A DNA stretch of 64,000 bases from Octopus sinensis (lineage: Eukaryota). The DNA is taken from positions 62,001 to 126,000 of the forward strand of contig NW_021832384.1 of the NCBI RefSeq assembly GCF_006345805.1. The letters are read 5' to 3'. Shown here piece by piece: positions 38,209 through 51,216 of the stretch; position 1 is the stretch's first letter; every line of letters starts with the position of its first letter. A program made the translations under genes and the position numbers. The notes beneath the pieces were generated by a model, which worked only from the letters and a program-made list of their open reading frames with translations, was not told where the DNA came from and ran no database searches.

Positions 38209-39356
38209 GTAAAAATCAAATATTTAACTTATAAATTTTGTTTCTACGAGCGAAATCTGTTGATGTTGTTACAATCTGTTAAGTCCCATCAGTTAGATTC
38301 ACTATTAGATATCTTCTTCGTGGTCGCTTCACCTCCTAGAAATAGCAGCTTGATCATTCTCAAACCATTGCTTACTGTCTTAAACTAGGAAAAAAGCACA
38401 TTAGACAATGTAGTCTCACATAAACTTAAAAAGACGAGATAGTCACAACTAAAATAGTCTTGATTATAGGTCTGCTCAACTAGGACTAAAAACAGCTACT
38501 TAGGGAGCTTCGGCCTGTTAAAAAGGACAGCTAAATAATATATCCTTCAAATCACATCCTATTGCCTTTAAAACAAAGACATAACGGATAATGCAGTCTT
38601 AAAGAGATGAGATAGTCGTGGTTTGGATATTTTGGATTATAAGTTCGTTTTGTCAGTTCTAACTCGGGTCTAAACAACAAGCATAGCAGCCAAATATTCT
38701 TTTCTACTCTACGCACAAGGCCCGAAATTTTTGGTGAGGGGATCAGTCGATTAGATCGACCTCAGTACGCAACTGGTACTTAATTTATCGACCCCGAAAG
38801 GATGAAAGGCAAAGTCGACCTCGGCGGAATTTGAACTCAGAACGTAGAGGCATACGAAATACCTATTTCTTTACTACCCACAAGAGGCTAAACACAGAAG
38901 GGACAAAGGATGAAAGGCAAGGTCGACCTCAGCAGAATTTGAACTCAGAACGTAGAGGCAGTCGAAATACCGCTAAGCATTTCGCCCGCTCGCAGCCTTT
39001 CACCACTAAATAGGATGGCCACAGAATACCATTTGATCATAGGTCTGCTCGATTAGCAGCAACGAAATATTCAGGTAACAATACCAGCTTAATACTGTAC
39101 TCTACGGTGCATTACTTGAAATAAGAAAAGTTAGGATGGTCACAGCTGGAATTCATTCGATCACAGATCTACTTGATGAGGTGCTGACAGGGTAAAGAGA
39201 CACAATAATTGGTAACAACCATTTATTTTGTATTCCATTATGATTCCTTTCATATTTAGAATGCATTTGCTGGAATTGATTCGACCACAGATTTGCTTGA
39301 TAAGAGGGCTGACTTGGAGAAGGGACACAATAATTGTTAATAACCATTATGATTCC

Positions 39357-39488
39357 GGTACTAACCCTAACCTTAGTTTGTTTATAAAAATAATTTATTT
39401 ACTTAGTTTAAAAAATTATTTGGGATCGACTACTTACGATTAGCTAGCGCGGATGCGCGTACCGGGACCACTGCTCGCTAGTCGTACC
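39357..39488. mobile_element. 132-bp insertion with a 9-bp target-site duplication
   Basis: TATGATTCC flanks both sides (39348-39356, 39489-39497). GGTAC...GTACC termini; the empty site is visible near 39239. Confidence 0.6.
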
Positions 39489-40074
39489 TATGATTCCTTT
39501 CATCATATTTAGAATGCATTATAGGAACCGATTTCAGTATCTAACTGGTATTTTTGCTTTATTAATCTCAGATGAATGAAGGGTAAATTAACCTGAGTAG
39601 GATTTGAACTCGGAATATGAAGGGCCAATTGGTGTAGAGGAGTTTTTCCAAACTTTTTGTGTATTTCTGCTATTTATTTCTTACACAAAGCAGGACAAAG
39701 TTCATTACACGTCAAATGATGGTGGTAGTGGTGGCGGCAAGGATGATGATGATGATATCTCATCTTAGTGGCTAGCTGAGTCAGTAGGGCAATAACTAGA
39801 CTACCATCCGAGAGATCAACAGTTCACACCTTATTACTGGCACTGCATTGTACCTGAGTCCATCTAGCTGTAAATAGGTATATCCGTTGTAAATGAAGAA
39901 GCTGAGTGAGAAGGTCACTCAGCTTGCTAGAAAAAGTAGTCAAGTCTCCATCATATCACATCCTACCTCCGTTTTTCTTAACCCCCTTTTTTTTTAACCT
40001 ATAAACCCTTTTGCTTCCTGTTTTACTCTACTGGACCCTCATAGCCATTCAATGTTTAAAACTTCCAATTATAC

Positions 40075-40392
40075 CTTGAGAGAAAAGTTGGACCTAAGAA
40101 GCATCAGACTGCGCTGGTATGGGAATGTGGCGAGAATGGATGTGGATAGCTGTGTGAAAAAGTGCCACACCCTAGCGGTTGAGGGAACCTGTGGAAGAGG
40201 TAGCTCCGGGAAGAGGTAGTGAAGCATGACCTTCGAACATTGGGCCTCACCGAGGCAATGACTAGTGACCAGGACCTTTGGAAATAGGCTGTGCATGAGA
40301 AGACTCGGCAAGCCCAAGTGAGACCATAACCTCATGGCCTATGCCAGGGGTGTAACCAGCCCACTTATGCGTACCTTTCCTTTATTGGACAC
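40075..40392 (+). mobile_element. RTE-clade LINE fragment (ORF C-terminus plus start of 3' UTR)
   Basis: RLRWYGNVARMDVDSCVKKCHTLAVEGTCGRG ... VVKHDLRTLGLTEAMTSDQDLWK*AVHEKTRQ, with a deletion and stops. Confidence 0.8.
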
Positions 40393-41340
40393 TGTAGTGT
40401 GATGGAAGAAAAGGACAACAGAAAAAGAAGCCAACGGGAGAAAGAAATACAAAAGGCCTTACCTGTTGACCTTGGCGGAATGAATCGGTCACTCTCACAA
40501 AATAAATGTCTTGTCTCACTGTCGTTTCTGCTCAAACTGACCACACGTGCTTCCTGCCCACTCATGCCCTCTGCCTGTCTCACATAGAAAATGTACCTCA
40601 ACAAATTCCATCTGATCCATGCCAGTATGGAAAAGTGGATGTTAAAACAACGATGATGCTTGGTAGAAACTTGTTACTGGTAACCGGGTAATACAATACC
40701 ACCTGCTCACAGGTGAGTTGTCTGCCACTAAACCAGCTCCAGACTGGGCTTGCATATTGAGGAGAGTGTATGGACAACTAGCAAAATTTAAAAACCAAAA
40801 AAAAAATAATGGAAACCCTTGAAAGGGCAGCTGAGCTTCTTCAGCACTGGTGCCCCTTGTATTCTAGGAAGGACATGAGTGCCAGCAAGATTAACAAATC
40901 TAATGAAACCCTTGAAACTTAAATATCTGACAAACTTTGGACCTGATGTACCCTGGATTTTCCAGTTTTCTGGAGACAGCCAAAATATATTCTTTTATTC
41001 TTTTACTTGTTTCAGTCATTTGACTGTGGCCATGATGGAGCACTGCCTTGAACGGGTTTTAGTCAATCAAATCGCCCCATGACTTATTTCTTAAGCTTTG
41101 TACTTATTCTCTCGGTCTCTTTTGCTGAACCGCTAAGTTATGGGGGATGTAAACACACCGACGCCAGTTGTCAAGCAGTGATAGGAGACAAACAGACACA
41201 CACACATGATGGTTTTCTTTCAGTTTCCGTCTACCAAATCCACTTAAGGTTTTGGTTGGCCTGAGGGTATAGTAGAAAATACTTGCCAAGGTGCCATGCA
41301 GTGGCACTGAAGCAGGCTTTTTACCACACAGCCACGCCTG

Positions 41341-41636
41341 TGGGGGCACATGGCCTTGTGATTAAAGCAGCGGACTCGCGGTCGAGGGATCGCAGGTACG
41401 AATCTCAGACCGGGCAATGTGTGTGTTTATGAGTGAAACACTTAAACTCCACATGGCTCCGACAGAAGGTAATGGTGAACTTCTGCTGACTCTTTTGCCA
41501 CAACTTTCTCTCACTCTTTCCTCCTGCGTCTTGCAGCTCACCTGCGATGGACTGGCGTCCCGTGCAGGTGGGGAACCTATACACCAAGGAAACCGGGAAT
41601 ACGGCGCTTATGAGCCAGGCATGACTCGAGAAGGAA
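41341..41636 (+). mobile_element. SINE nested in the head of a family A SINE
   Basis: 16-bp TSD CACACAGCCA(C/T)GCCTG at 41325-41340 and 41637-41652; tRNA-like head. Confidence 0.75.
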
Positions 41637-43029
41637 CACACAGCCATGCCTGCGCCTATACTTCAAATCTAAAATAAGCTATGAAATGTAAAGAGCTAAA
41701 TTGTATAATGCTTTTGTTACCAACCTGTCTGAATCTTTTGATTTTATGATACAAACTTTCTGTTTTTAAGTAATCCAAACTGAAACTTGCCCTCATAATT
41801 TCGTGTTATGTTCCAAACACCAGCTTAATAAGAACAAAGTTATTTTACTAAATTCTTCTTTATTTTCAAAATTAATTGAAACAAAATATGGTAACATTCA
41901 AATAAATACATTTCTAACCAAGGTGTTTTATCTATTAATCTACTTAAAATTGTCCAAAATATAATATGCTGCATCATGTATAGAGTCTGATGTTTATAGG
42001 ATGAAAATAGAATGAAGAAAAGTAAAGCACATGATTTTATTTAACAAATACAGATACAAATTAATAGAATTCTGAAGTAGAGTATGTCTAATCTTTATTA
42101 ATCCTCTTAAAAAAAAGAAAAGCAAAGAACAAAACTATGTTTAACACACTGTATGCAAAGTGACTAACTTTAAAAATGGCCTGTTTACTGACTGCTGGGT
42201 GCATGGTTTTGCACAGTATTCCTGGATTTCTGGAAGCTGGATAAGGGGGTCTGTTATTGTATTGGATTGGCCAAACCCAAAACTGAGAGGGGTAGAAAAA
42301 ATTGGCAAAGACTAAAAAAAATTCCTGTTCCCCAACAGCAGAAATAGTTTGAGAATGATTTCTCTTAGTACCAATGTCAGCTGATTCTTAATTATATTTT
42401 ATAATTAATCTGTTGATTTAAAAAAAGAAAACAAAACTAAAATCTTCAAAAAAGGTAAAAACTATCTTTGATTAAGAAGCTTTAAAGTTTTATAAAAGGA
42501 TTTACATGGCTTATATTTTCTCTATTCTATACAGTTTTAGTGGTTTAATTAATTAATTTATCAATTGTAGAAAAGTATTAATTCTTCTTTTGCTAGTCTG
42601 TACCCATAAAATTCTGTCTTCCTACCCTAGATGTGCGGGTAACCAAGTCTTGCAGCGTGTTTAATTTTTGGGGCAAAGTTTTTATGGCCGGATTACCTTT
42701 CCCATGCAAATCTTGCAGTGTGCACTTGGGTGCGTCTTATAGCACCAAATACATACATACATATGTATGTATATATATATATGTATCATCATCATCATCG
42801 TTTAACGTCCGCTTTCGATGCTAGCATGGGTTGGATGTATGACTGAGGACTGGCGAACCAGATGGCTGGACCAGGCTTCAATCTTGATCTGGCAGAGTTT
42901 CTACAGCTGGATACCCTTCCAAACGCCAACCACTCCGAGAGTGTAGTGGGTGCTTTTATGTGCCACCGGCATGGGGCCAGTCAGGCAACACTGGCAACGA
43001 CCTCGTTCGAATCTTTTATACATGCCACC

Positions 43030-43281
43030 GGCACATATATATATACTTATGCATGTATACATATGTATATATGTATATATATATATATGTATATACATAT
43101 GCATGTATACATATGTATATATGTATGTATACATATGTATATATATGTATGTATACATATGTATATATATGTATGTATACATATGTATATATATGTATGT
43201 ATACATATGTATATATATGTATGTATACATATGTATATATATGTATGTATACATATGTATATATATGTATGTATACATATG

Positions 43282-43318
<37 letters not shown>

Positions 43319-43355
43319 GTATATATATATGTATATATATGTATGTATATATATG

Positions 43356-43392
<37 letters not shown>

Positions 43393-43445
43393 GTATATAT
43401 ATGTAAAAAAAAATAGATGAACATATATATATGTATATATATATA
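43030..43445. repeat. 20-bp (ATATATATGTATGTATACAT)n satellite; the same motif resumes at 46096-46590
   Basis: Directly visible; the two tracts flank the 43445-46095 array. Confidence 0.9.
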
Positions 43446-46095
43446 AAAAAAAACAGATGAACATCAGTGGAATTGTATTCTTTGTGGTACCAGTGCCGGT
43501 GGCACACAAGAAAACCACCCAAACGTGGCCGTAACCAGTGCCGCATCGACTGGCCTCCGTGCTGTGGGCACAACAAACACCATCCGATCGTGGCCGTTCG
43601 CCAGCCTCATCTGGCACCTGTGCCGGTGGCACATAAAGACACCATCCGAAGACCCGGCGACGTAGTCAGTCCACCTGTGCATACCTTCCCTCTTATGACA
43701 CTTGTGAAGACCTGTTGAGGCAAGTGCGTGACACTTGTGAAGACCTGTTGAGGCAGAGGCAAGTGTGTGACACTTGTGGAGACCTGTTGAGGCAAGTCAG
43801 CCTCATCTGGCACCTGTGCCGGTGGCACATAAAGACACCATCCGAAGACCCGGCGACGTAGTCAGTCCACTGTGCATACCTTCCCTCTTATGACACTTGT
43901 GAAGACCTGTTGAGGCAAGTGCGTGACACTTGTGAAGACCTGTTGAGGCAGAGGCAAGTGTGTGACACTTGTGGAGACCTGTTGAGGCAAGTGTGTGACC
44001 CTTGTGAAGACCTGTTGAGGCAAGTGAAAATCAAACAAATCAAAATAGATGAATATCAATGGAATTTGTATCTTTGTGGTTCCAGTACCGGTGGCACACA
44101 AGAAAACCATCCGAAGTGGCCGTAGCTGGTACCGCATCGACTGCCTCGTGCTGTGGGCACAACAAACACCATCCGATCGTGGCCGTTCGCCAGCCTCATC
44201 TGGCCCTGTGCCGGTGGCACATAAAGACACCATCCGAAGACCCGGCGACGTAGTCAGTCCACCTGTGCATACCTTCCCTCTTATGACACTTGTGAAGACC
44301 TGTTGAGGCAATGTGTGACACTTGTGAAGACCTGTTGAGGCAGAGGCAAGTGTGTGACACTTGTGGAGACCTGTTGAGGCAAGTGTGTGTGACCTTGTGA
44401 AGACCTGTTGAGGCAAGTGAAAATCAAACCAAATCAAAATAGATGAATATCAATGGAATTTGTATCTTTGTGGTTCCAGTACCGGTGGCACACAAGAAAA
44501 CCATCCGAAGTGGCCGTAGCTGGTACCGCATCGACTGGCCTCCGTGCTGTGGGCACAACAAACACCATCCGATCGTGGCCGTTCGCCAGCCTCATCTGGC
44601 ACCTGTGCCGGTGGCACATAAAGACACCATCCGAAGACCCGGCGACGTAGTCAGTCCACCTGTGCATACCTTCCCTCTTATGACACTTGTGAAGACCTGT
44701 TGAGGCAAGTGTGTGACACTTGTGAAGACCTGTTGAGGCAGAGGCAAGTGTGTGACACTTGTGGAGACCTGTTGAGGCAAGTGTGTGACCCTTGTGAAGA
44801 CCTGTTGAGGCAAGTGAAAATCAAACCAAATCAAAATAGATGAATATCAATGGAATTTGTATCTTTGTGGTTCCAGTACCGGTGGCACACAAGAAAACCA
44901 TCCGAAGTGGCCGTAGCTGGTACCGCATCGACTGGCCTCCGTGCTGTGGGCACAACAAACACCATCTGATCGTGGCCGTTCGCCAGCCTCACCTGGCACC
45001 TGTGTCGGTGGCACATAAAAACACCATCCAAAGACCCGGCGACGTAGTCAGTCCACTGTGCATACCTTCCCTCTTATGACACTTGTGAAGACCTGTTGAG
45101 GCAGAGGCAAGTGTGTGACACTTTGTGAAGACCTGTTGAGGCAGAGGCAAGTGTGTGACACTTGTGGAGACCTGTTGAGGCAAGTGTGTGACACGCGTGA
45201 CACTTGTGAAGACCTGTTGAGGCAAGTGAAAATCAAATCAAATCAAACCAAATCAAAATAGATGAACATCAATGGAATTTGTATCTTTGTGGTTCAGACC
45301 GGTGGCACACAAGAAAACCATCCGACGTGGCCGTTCGCCAGCCACATCTGGCACCTGTGTCGGTGGCACATAAAGAACACCATCCGAAGACCCGCGACGT
45401 AGACAGTCCACCTGTGCATACCTTCCTTCTTGTGACACTTGTGAAGACCTGTTGAGGCAAGTGACACTTGTGAAGACCTGTTGAGGCAAGTGAAAATCAA
45501 ATCAAATCAAATCAAAACAAATCAAAATAGATGAACATAATGGAATTTGTATCTTTGTGGTACCAGTGCCGGTGGCACACAAGAAAATCATCCGAACGTG
45601 GCCGTAGCCAGTACCGCATAGACTGGACTACGTGCTTTGGGGACGTAACAAACACCATCCGATCGTGGCCGTCCGCCAGCCTCATCTGGCACCTGTGTCG
45701 GTGGCACATAAAAACACCATCCGAGCGTGGCCGTCTGCCAGCCTCGTCTGGCACCTGCCAGCCTCATCTGGCACCTGTGTCGGTGGCACATAAAAACACC
45801 ATCCGAGCGTGGCCGTCTGCCAGCCTCGTCTGGCACCTGTGTCGGTGGCACATAAAAACACCATCCGAGCGTGGCCGTTCGCCAGCCTCGTCTGGCACCT
45901 GTGTCGGTGGCACATAAAATCACCCACTACACTCTCGGAGTGGTTGGCGTTAGGAAGGGCATCCAGCTGTAGAAACACTGCCAGATCTGACTGGCCTGGT
46001 GCAGCCTTCGGGCTCCCCAGACCCCAGTTGAACCGTCCAACCCATGCTAGCATGGAAAACGGACGCTAAATGATGATGATGATGATGATGATGAT
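43445..46095 (+). repeat. Tandem array (~390-bp unit, six unit starts) of an RTE 3' UTR segment, ending in an intact RTE tail
   Basis: Marker aaatagatgaa(t/c)at recurs at about 43450, 44044, 44437, 44834, 45256 and 45525; nested 27-33-bp and ~60-bp subrepeats. Confidence 0.85.
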
Positions 46096-46241
46096 GTATG
46101 TATATATATGTATGTATACATATGTATGTATATATATGTATGTATACATATGTATATATATATGTATGTATACATATGTATATATATGTATGTATACATA
46201 TGCATGTATATATATGTATGTATAATATATATATATGTATG

Positions 46242-46272
<31 letters not shown>

Positions 46273-46357
46273 GTATGTATACATATGCATGTATATATAT
46301 GTATGTATATATATATATATATATGTATATATATGTATGTATACATATGCATGTATA

Positions 46358-46448
<91 letters not shown>

Positions 46449-46491
46449 GCATGTATATATATGTATGTATACATATGCATGTATATATATG

Positions 46492-46533
<42 letters not shown>

Positions 46534-47133
46534 CATATGTATGTATATTTATGTATGTATACATGTATATGTATATGTGTGTACACGCACACATATATAA
46601 TCATCATTTTAGCTTTCACTTCTCTATGCTTATGAGGGGTTACTGAAAAGTTGTTAGTTGTAAAGTTATTGTGAAGGGCCTGGTTGGAGACCCAACCTTC
46701 TGAGTTCTTTGACAGTGCTTAGAAATAAGTGTGTGAATCTGATAGGTGATTATGTTGAATGATATCATAATTAACTGATCCTCCTGATTGGACTTGAAGC
46801 CCTTTACTTCTGAAGTAAACTTAAACACGCAGCCAGCATTTATAACTATATCATTTACATATTATTTGATCACCACCCTCTCTTATATGTATATGTATGT
46901 ATGTATATACATATATATGCCCACGGGCATATGGTGTAGTGGTTAAGAGTGCGGGCTACTAACCCCAAGATTCCGAGTTCAATTCCAAGCAGTGACCTGA
47001 ACAATAATAATAATAATAATAATAAACATAATTTTCGTTTTTCTTTTTTTTGGGACATTCACTTGTCCAACACCAAAAAAAAAAAAAGACCCCAAATATA
47101 TGGCACACTAGGCATAACAACAACATGAACTTC

Positions 47134-47400
47134 CAACCTGTTGTCTCTTGAGGTCTCTGGGTGAGACTTGGAGCCAACTTGTACAAATATAAAGCAAAAG
47201 TCAAACATAGAATAATAATAATAATATCAAAAAAATACCTTAGGAATGAGAACCCAGGTTCGAAATTTCCCCCAAGACACCTGAAGAAGGCTGGAGGGTA
47301 TATCAGCTGAAATGTTGTGTTAACAACAAACAAGGTTAGGACAAATATCTGTCGAATGTAAATAATGTATATAATTCCTTATCTCTTAAATATAGAACTG
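47134..47400 (+). mobile_element. Penelope-like pLTR remnant
   Basis: Carries the 47275 motif; follows (ATA)n tracts and ends about 110 nt before WDHD1 exon 2. Confidence 0.5.
47275..47321 (+). ncRNA. Minimal type I hammerhead motif (Penelope-like), partly decayed
   Basis: GACAC-CTGAAGA-A-GGCTG/GAGGGTATAT/CAGCT-GAAA-TGTT-GTGTT. Stem III is probably a decayed ACGT palindrome. Confidence 0.65.
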
Positions 47401-47508
47401 TATTACCACCCTCTCTTATCTATCTGTTTCTTTTCAGTCTCTTCCTTACACCTGACCAGTTTCTCTAACATTTTGTTTTCTCTTGCCATTGACTCCTCTC
47501 ACTTGCAG

Positions 47509-47620
47509 ATACATTCTTAGCTGTGGAACGGATGGTGATGTTCGTATATGGGATGGCTTCAACGATTCTGATGCGATGTCATATCAGATAGGAGAGAAGG
47601 TTTTTGCTGTTTTGTACAAG
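47509..47620 (+). CDS. WDHD1: WDHD1 coding exon 2
   Basis: ttgcag|A TAC... encodes (R)YILSCGTDGDVRIWDGFNDSDAMSYQIGEKVFAVLYK; donor |gtaag. 112 nt, phase 2/0; WD40 motif CGxDGDVRIW. Confidence 0.95.
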
Positions 47621-48480
47621 GTAAGAGGGATTTGTTGCTGTTGTTCTTGTTCAGCTCCTGGGTCAGTCTTGACCAAGCTGACTTACAATCGAAGGTATTC
47701 TTGACATCCTATCTTTTATGTGTCTAGGATTTCAATGTATCCATCTATTTTCAAGACTGTAGGGTGTAATTTGACAGATTTGGTTGAGCTTTCTAGCAGG
47801 TTCACTGATTGGCATCTAGGCATGTTTGTGTGGTAAATAGCTTGCTTACCAACCTCATGGTTCCGGGTTCAGTCCCACTGTGTGGCCGTTTGGGCAAGTG
47901 CCTTCTACTATAGCCTCGAGCCGACCAAAGCCTTGTGAGTGGATTTGATAGACAGAAACTGAAAGAAGCCCGTCATGTATATGTATGTGTGTGTGTGCCT
48001 CCACCGCTTGACAACTGGTGTTAGTGTGTTTACATCCCCGTAAGTTAGTGGTTTGGCAAAAGAGACTGATAGAATTACTAGGCTTAAGAAACAAGTCCTG
48101 GGGTTGCATTCTTCGACTAAAACCCTTCATGGCCGCAGTCAAATGACAAACAAGTAAAAGAATAAAATGTATCTTGGAAGAGGGGAATCGAAGAGAGATC
48201 CTTAAAACTAACCCCTCCTGTACTTCTATTTCTAGCAGGGTGAATGACCACATAGAAACTCCTTGCTTGACCTATACAAGCATAGGAAAATAGACATTAA
48301 AATGGATAATGCCTCATTTCTCCAGTAGTTTTTCCACAGATTCAGTAGGGTGAATGAATTGAAGGAGATTTGGCTTCTATTTCTAGCAGGGTGAACGACC
48401 ACATAGAAACCCCTTCATTGTTACAGCAACAGCTGTGAATATATTCTTCTTTTATTTTTTATTTTGTTTGTTTATTACAG

Positions 48481-48632
48481 AATCACAAGTTCTACACTGC
48501 ATCTGATGTCAACAGCATCCAAATATACACATTTCCAGATGGTATAGCAGATGGCATGGTTACACGGTTCACTGCTCCTGCTAACCACATGTGCTTCAAC
48601 AGAGCAGGAACAATTCTAGTCGCTGGAGCAAG
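48481..48632 (+). CDS. WDHD1: WDHD1 coding exon 3
   Basis: ttacag|AAT... encodes NHKFYTASDVNSIQIYTFPDGIADGMVTRFTAPANHMCFNRAGTILVAGA; donor AG|gtattt. 152 nt, phase 0/2. Confidence 0.95.
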
Positions 48633-49569
48633 GTATTTTACATAATTTTCTTGTCAGCTTTGTACTAGAGTAAGCTTTTTGCTCTTGTTTGTTGTTGTTA
48701 TTGGTGGCGGAATTGTTAGCACACTGGGCAAATTACAAAGCAGCATTTTGTTCATCTGCACGTTCTGAGTTCAAACACCACTGAGGTTGACTTTGCCTTT
48801 CATCCTTTTGGGGTTGATGAAATAAATACCTATTTCTTTACTACCCACAAGGGGCTACACATAGAGGGGACAAACAAGGACAGACAAACGGATTAAGTTG
48901 ATTATATCGACCCCAGTGCGTAATTGGTACTTATTTAATTGACCCCGAAAGGATGAAAGGCAAAGTTGACCTCGGCGGAATTTGAACTCAAAAACGTAGC
49001 GGCAAATGAAATACAGATATGCATTTCGCCCGACGTGCTAACGTTTCTGCCAGCTCGCCGCCTAGGTTGATGAAATAAATACCAGTTTAGTACTGGGGTC
49101 GATCTAATCAACTTGTGTGTGCATGAAAACAAAATATGTATCTGTGTGTGCTTGCACGTGCGTGTGTGTGTTGTGTTGTGTTGTGTGTTGTGTTGTGTTG
49201 TGTGTTGTGTTGTGTGTTGTGTTGTGTTGTGTTGTGTGTGTGTGTGTGAAGTGATGTATCTCTACCAAATCCACTCACAACGCGTTGGTTGAAAGAAGAC
49301 ACTTGCCCAAGGTGCTCTGCAGTGGGACTGAACCCAAGATCACATGGTTAGGAAGCAAGCTTCTTAACCAAGCTTGTGCCTGTTGTATTTTTTTATTCTT
49401 TTACTTGTTTCAGTTATTTGACTGCGGTCATGCTGGAGCACTGCCTTTCAACCCCAGAGCTTATTCTTTGTAAGCCTAGTACTTATTCTATCAGTCTCTT
49501 TTGCTGAACTGCTAAGTTATGGGAACGTAAACACACCAGCATTGGTTGTCAAGCGATGTTGGGGGGACA

Positions 49570-49606
<37 letters not shown>

Positions 49607-50641
49607 TTATATATATACATATACGATGGGCTTCTTTCAGTTTCCGTCTACCAAATTCACTCACGAGGCCTTGGTCGGCCCAAGGCTATAGTAGAAGACA
49701 CCTGCTCAGAGTGCCATGCAGTGAGACTGAACCCACGACCATGCGGTAAGCAAGCTGCTTACCACACAGCTACTCCTGTGCCTGTATTGGTAATTAGATG
49801 GGGATTCATTGGTATATAGGTGGCTAGATGTTTAGGTATGTAGATGGATAGAATGGTTGATAGATAGTAATGAGTAGATATAGACACAAGATATGTATTA
49901 TTTAATTAATGATGAGTTGTCAAAAGTGCAAATATATAAGCTAATCACTAAGGTACTAGCTTAATTCATGACCGTTTTATATATCAATTGACTTGTGCTA
50001 CTGATTTGTGAAGGAGCAATCAGCAAATCATGTGGTGACCCATATGGAGACTCTCTCCCTCTTTTATCAACACTGCATGGCAATGTCTTTTACTTATAGC
50101 CCCAGGTTGACCATATCCTTGTGAGTGGATTTGTACACTTCTGCATATGCTTTATATGCACTTTTGACAAGTTGTGGTGCACCTGAGCACTGTATACAAT
50201 AATTTCATTATTATTATTATATACACACATACACAAGGTGTTCCAATAAGATGTATATTGAATGATTATAAAACCAGTGTTTGTTAAAATAGCTTTTATT
50301 TTCAAAAGTGTATAGAATCTACAGATAGAATTAATTTTTTTTAATGAATGCCTATTTTCAGCTCAGGCAGATCTGTTTGAAACTCCTTTCTAAACTGTCT
50401 TCGCACTTAAGGAGAATGCATCTTTGCACTTAGACTGCGTTTTCAAACTTCCAGTAACCCTTTCAGATCAGCTTTCTTTGTTCAAAGCTTAGTCTGGATC
50501 CCTTCGTTACTTCTAACGGATTGAATCTAAAAAGAAATGAAAATTGAGTTATCAGCTGTTAAAGCATGTATATGTGATTTTTTTGGAACACCCTGTATGT
50601 ATGTATGTATGTATGTATGTATATATATATATATATATATA

Positions 50642-51033
50642 CTAGCAGTATCGCCCGGCGTTGCTCGGGTTTGTTTCGACCCTTTAGAATTGGAATTTTT
50701 GAAAAGTAAAACTTTTGCATTATGTAGCTTGTTATTCTCTTTAAGTGAACATTTTTCTGGTTCAAATACACCGAAAAATGGCGACACAGCAGTCAAAAAA
50801 ATCATAAAAAATAGGGATTTTCATAGAAAAAAAGCACCTTTTTGATGTAAATAATTTTTGGCCTTAACATGGCCTGATTTGAATTTTTCTTCTACGGAAG
50901 GAAGAGCAAGCCTTCTTCTATCATACTCTCAATTTTGGTCAACTTGCACCTCAGGGTCTCGGAGGAGATAGTGTTAGTTGAAGGCTACCAAACCTGCCAT
51001 ACATAGACAACTTCAGCTTTATATATAGAGAGA
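50642..51033 (-). mobile_element. Non-autonomous Helitron, copy 2
   Basis: 5' TC, 3' CCCGAGCAACGCCGGG hairpin then CTAG, inserted between A and T. Confidence 0.75.
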
Positions 51034-51107
51034 TATGTATGTATGCATGTGATGATATATGCATATGCACAGCTAGTTTGTAAGTAAGATGTCTGTTTTC
51101 CTTCTAG

Positions 51108-51216
51108 TGACTTCATGATCAAAATCACAGATGTACGATCAAGCAAGCAGAAATCTCTCCAAGGACACGAAGCTCCAATATTGAGTGTGGCTTTACATCC
51201 CAAAGGACTCTTTCTG
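51108..51216 (+). CDS. WDHD1: WDHD1 coding exon 4
   Basis: ttctag|T GAC... encodes (S)DFMIKITDVRSSKQKSLQGHEAPILSVALHPKGLFL; donor |gtttgt. 109 nt, phase 2/0; GHxAP WD motif. Confidence 0.93.

Noticed and set aside
39360-39376. TAACCCTAACC as an interstitial telomere
   Set aside because: Fewer than two full units, and it lies within a TSD-bounded insertion.
29000-39500. Apparent CpG retention around the promoter versus depletion in gene bodies
   Set aside because: Young SINE copies inside WDHD1 introns also retain CpG, so the pattern is confounded by insertion age; it needs computation.
44395-44430. CTGTTGAGGCAAGTGAAAATC resembling a minimal hammerhead core in the array
   Set aside because: A6 is replaced by T, there is no credible stem II, and no stem I partner or NUH follows.
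43690-45490. 27-33-bp direct repeats superficially like a CRISPR array
   Set aside because: No unique spacers, eukaryotic context, no cas genes; they are subrepeats of an RTE UTR.
46918-47000. tRNA-like sequence with A and B boxes
   Set aside because: The acceptor stem does not pair and it runs into (AAT)n; it is a SINE head, not a tRNA gene.
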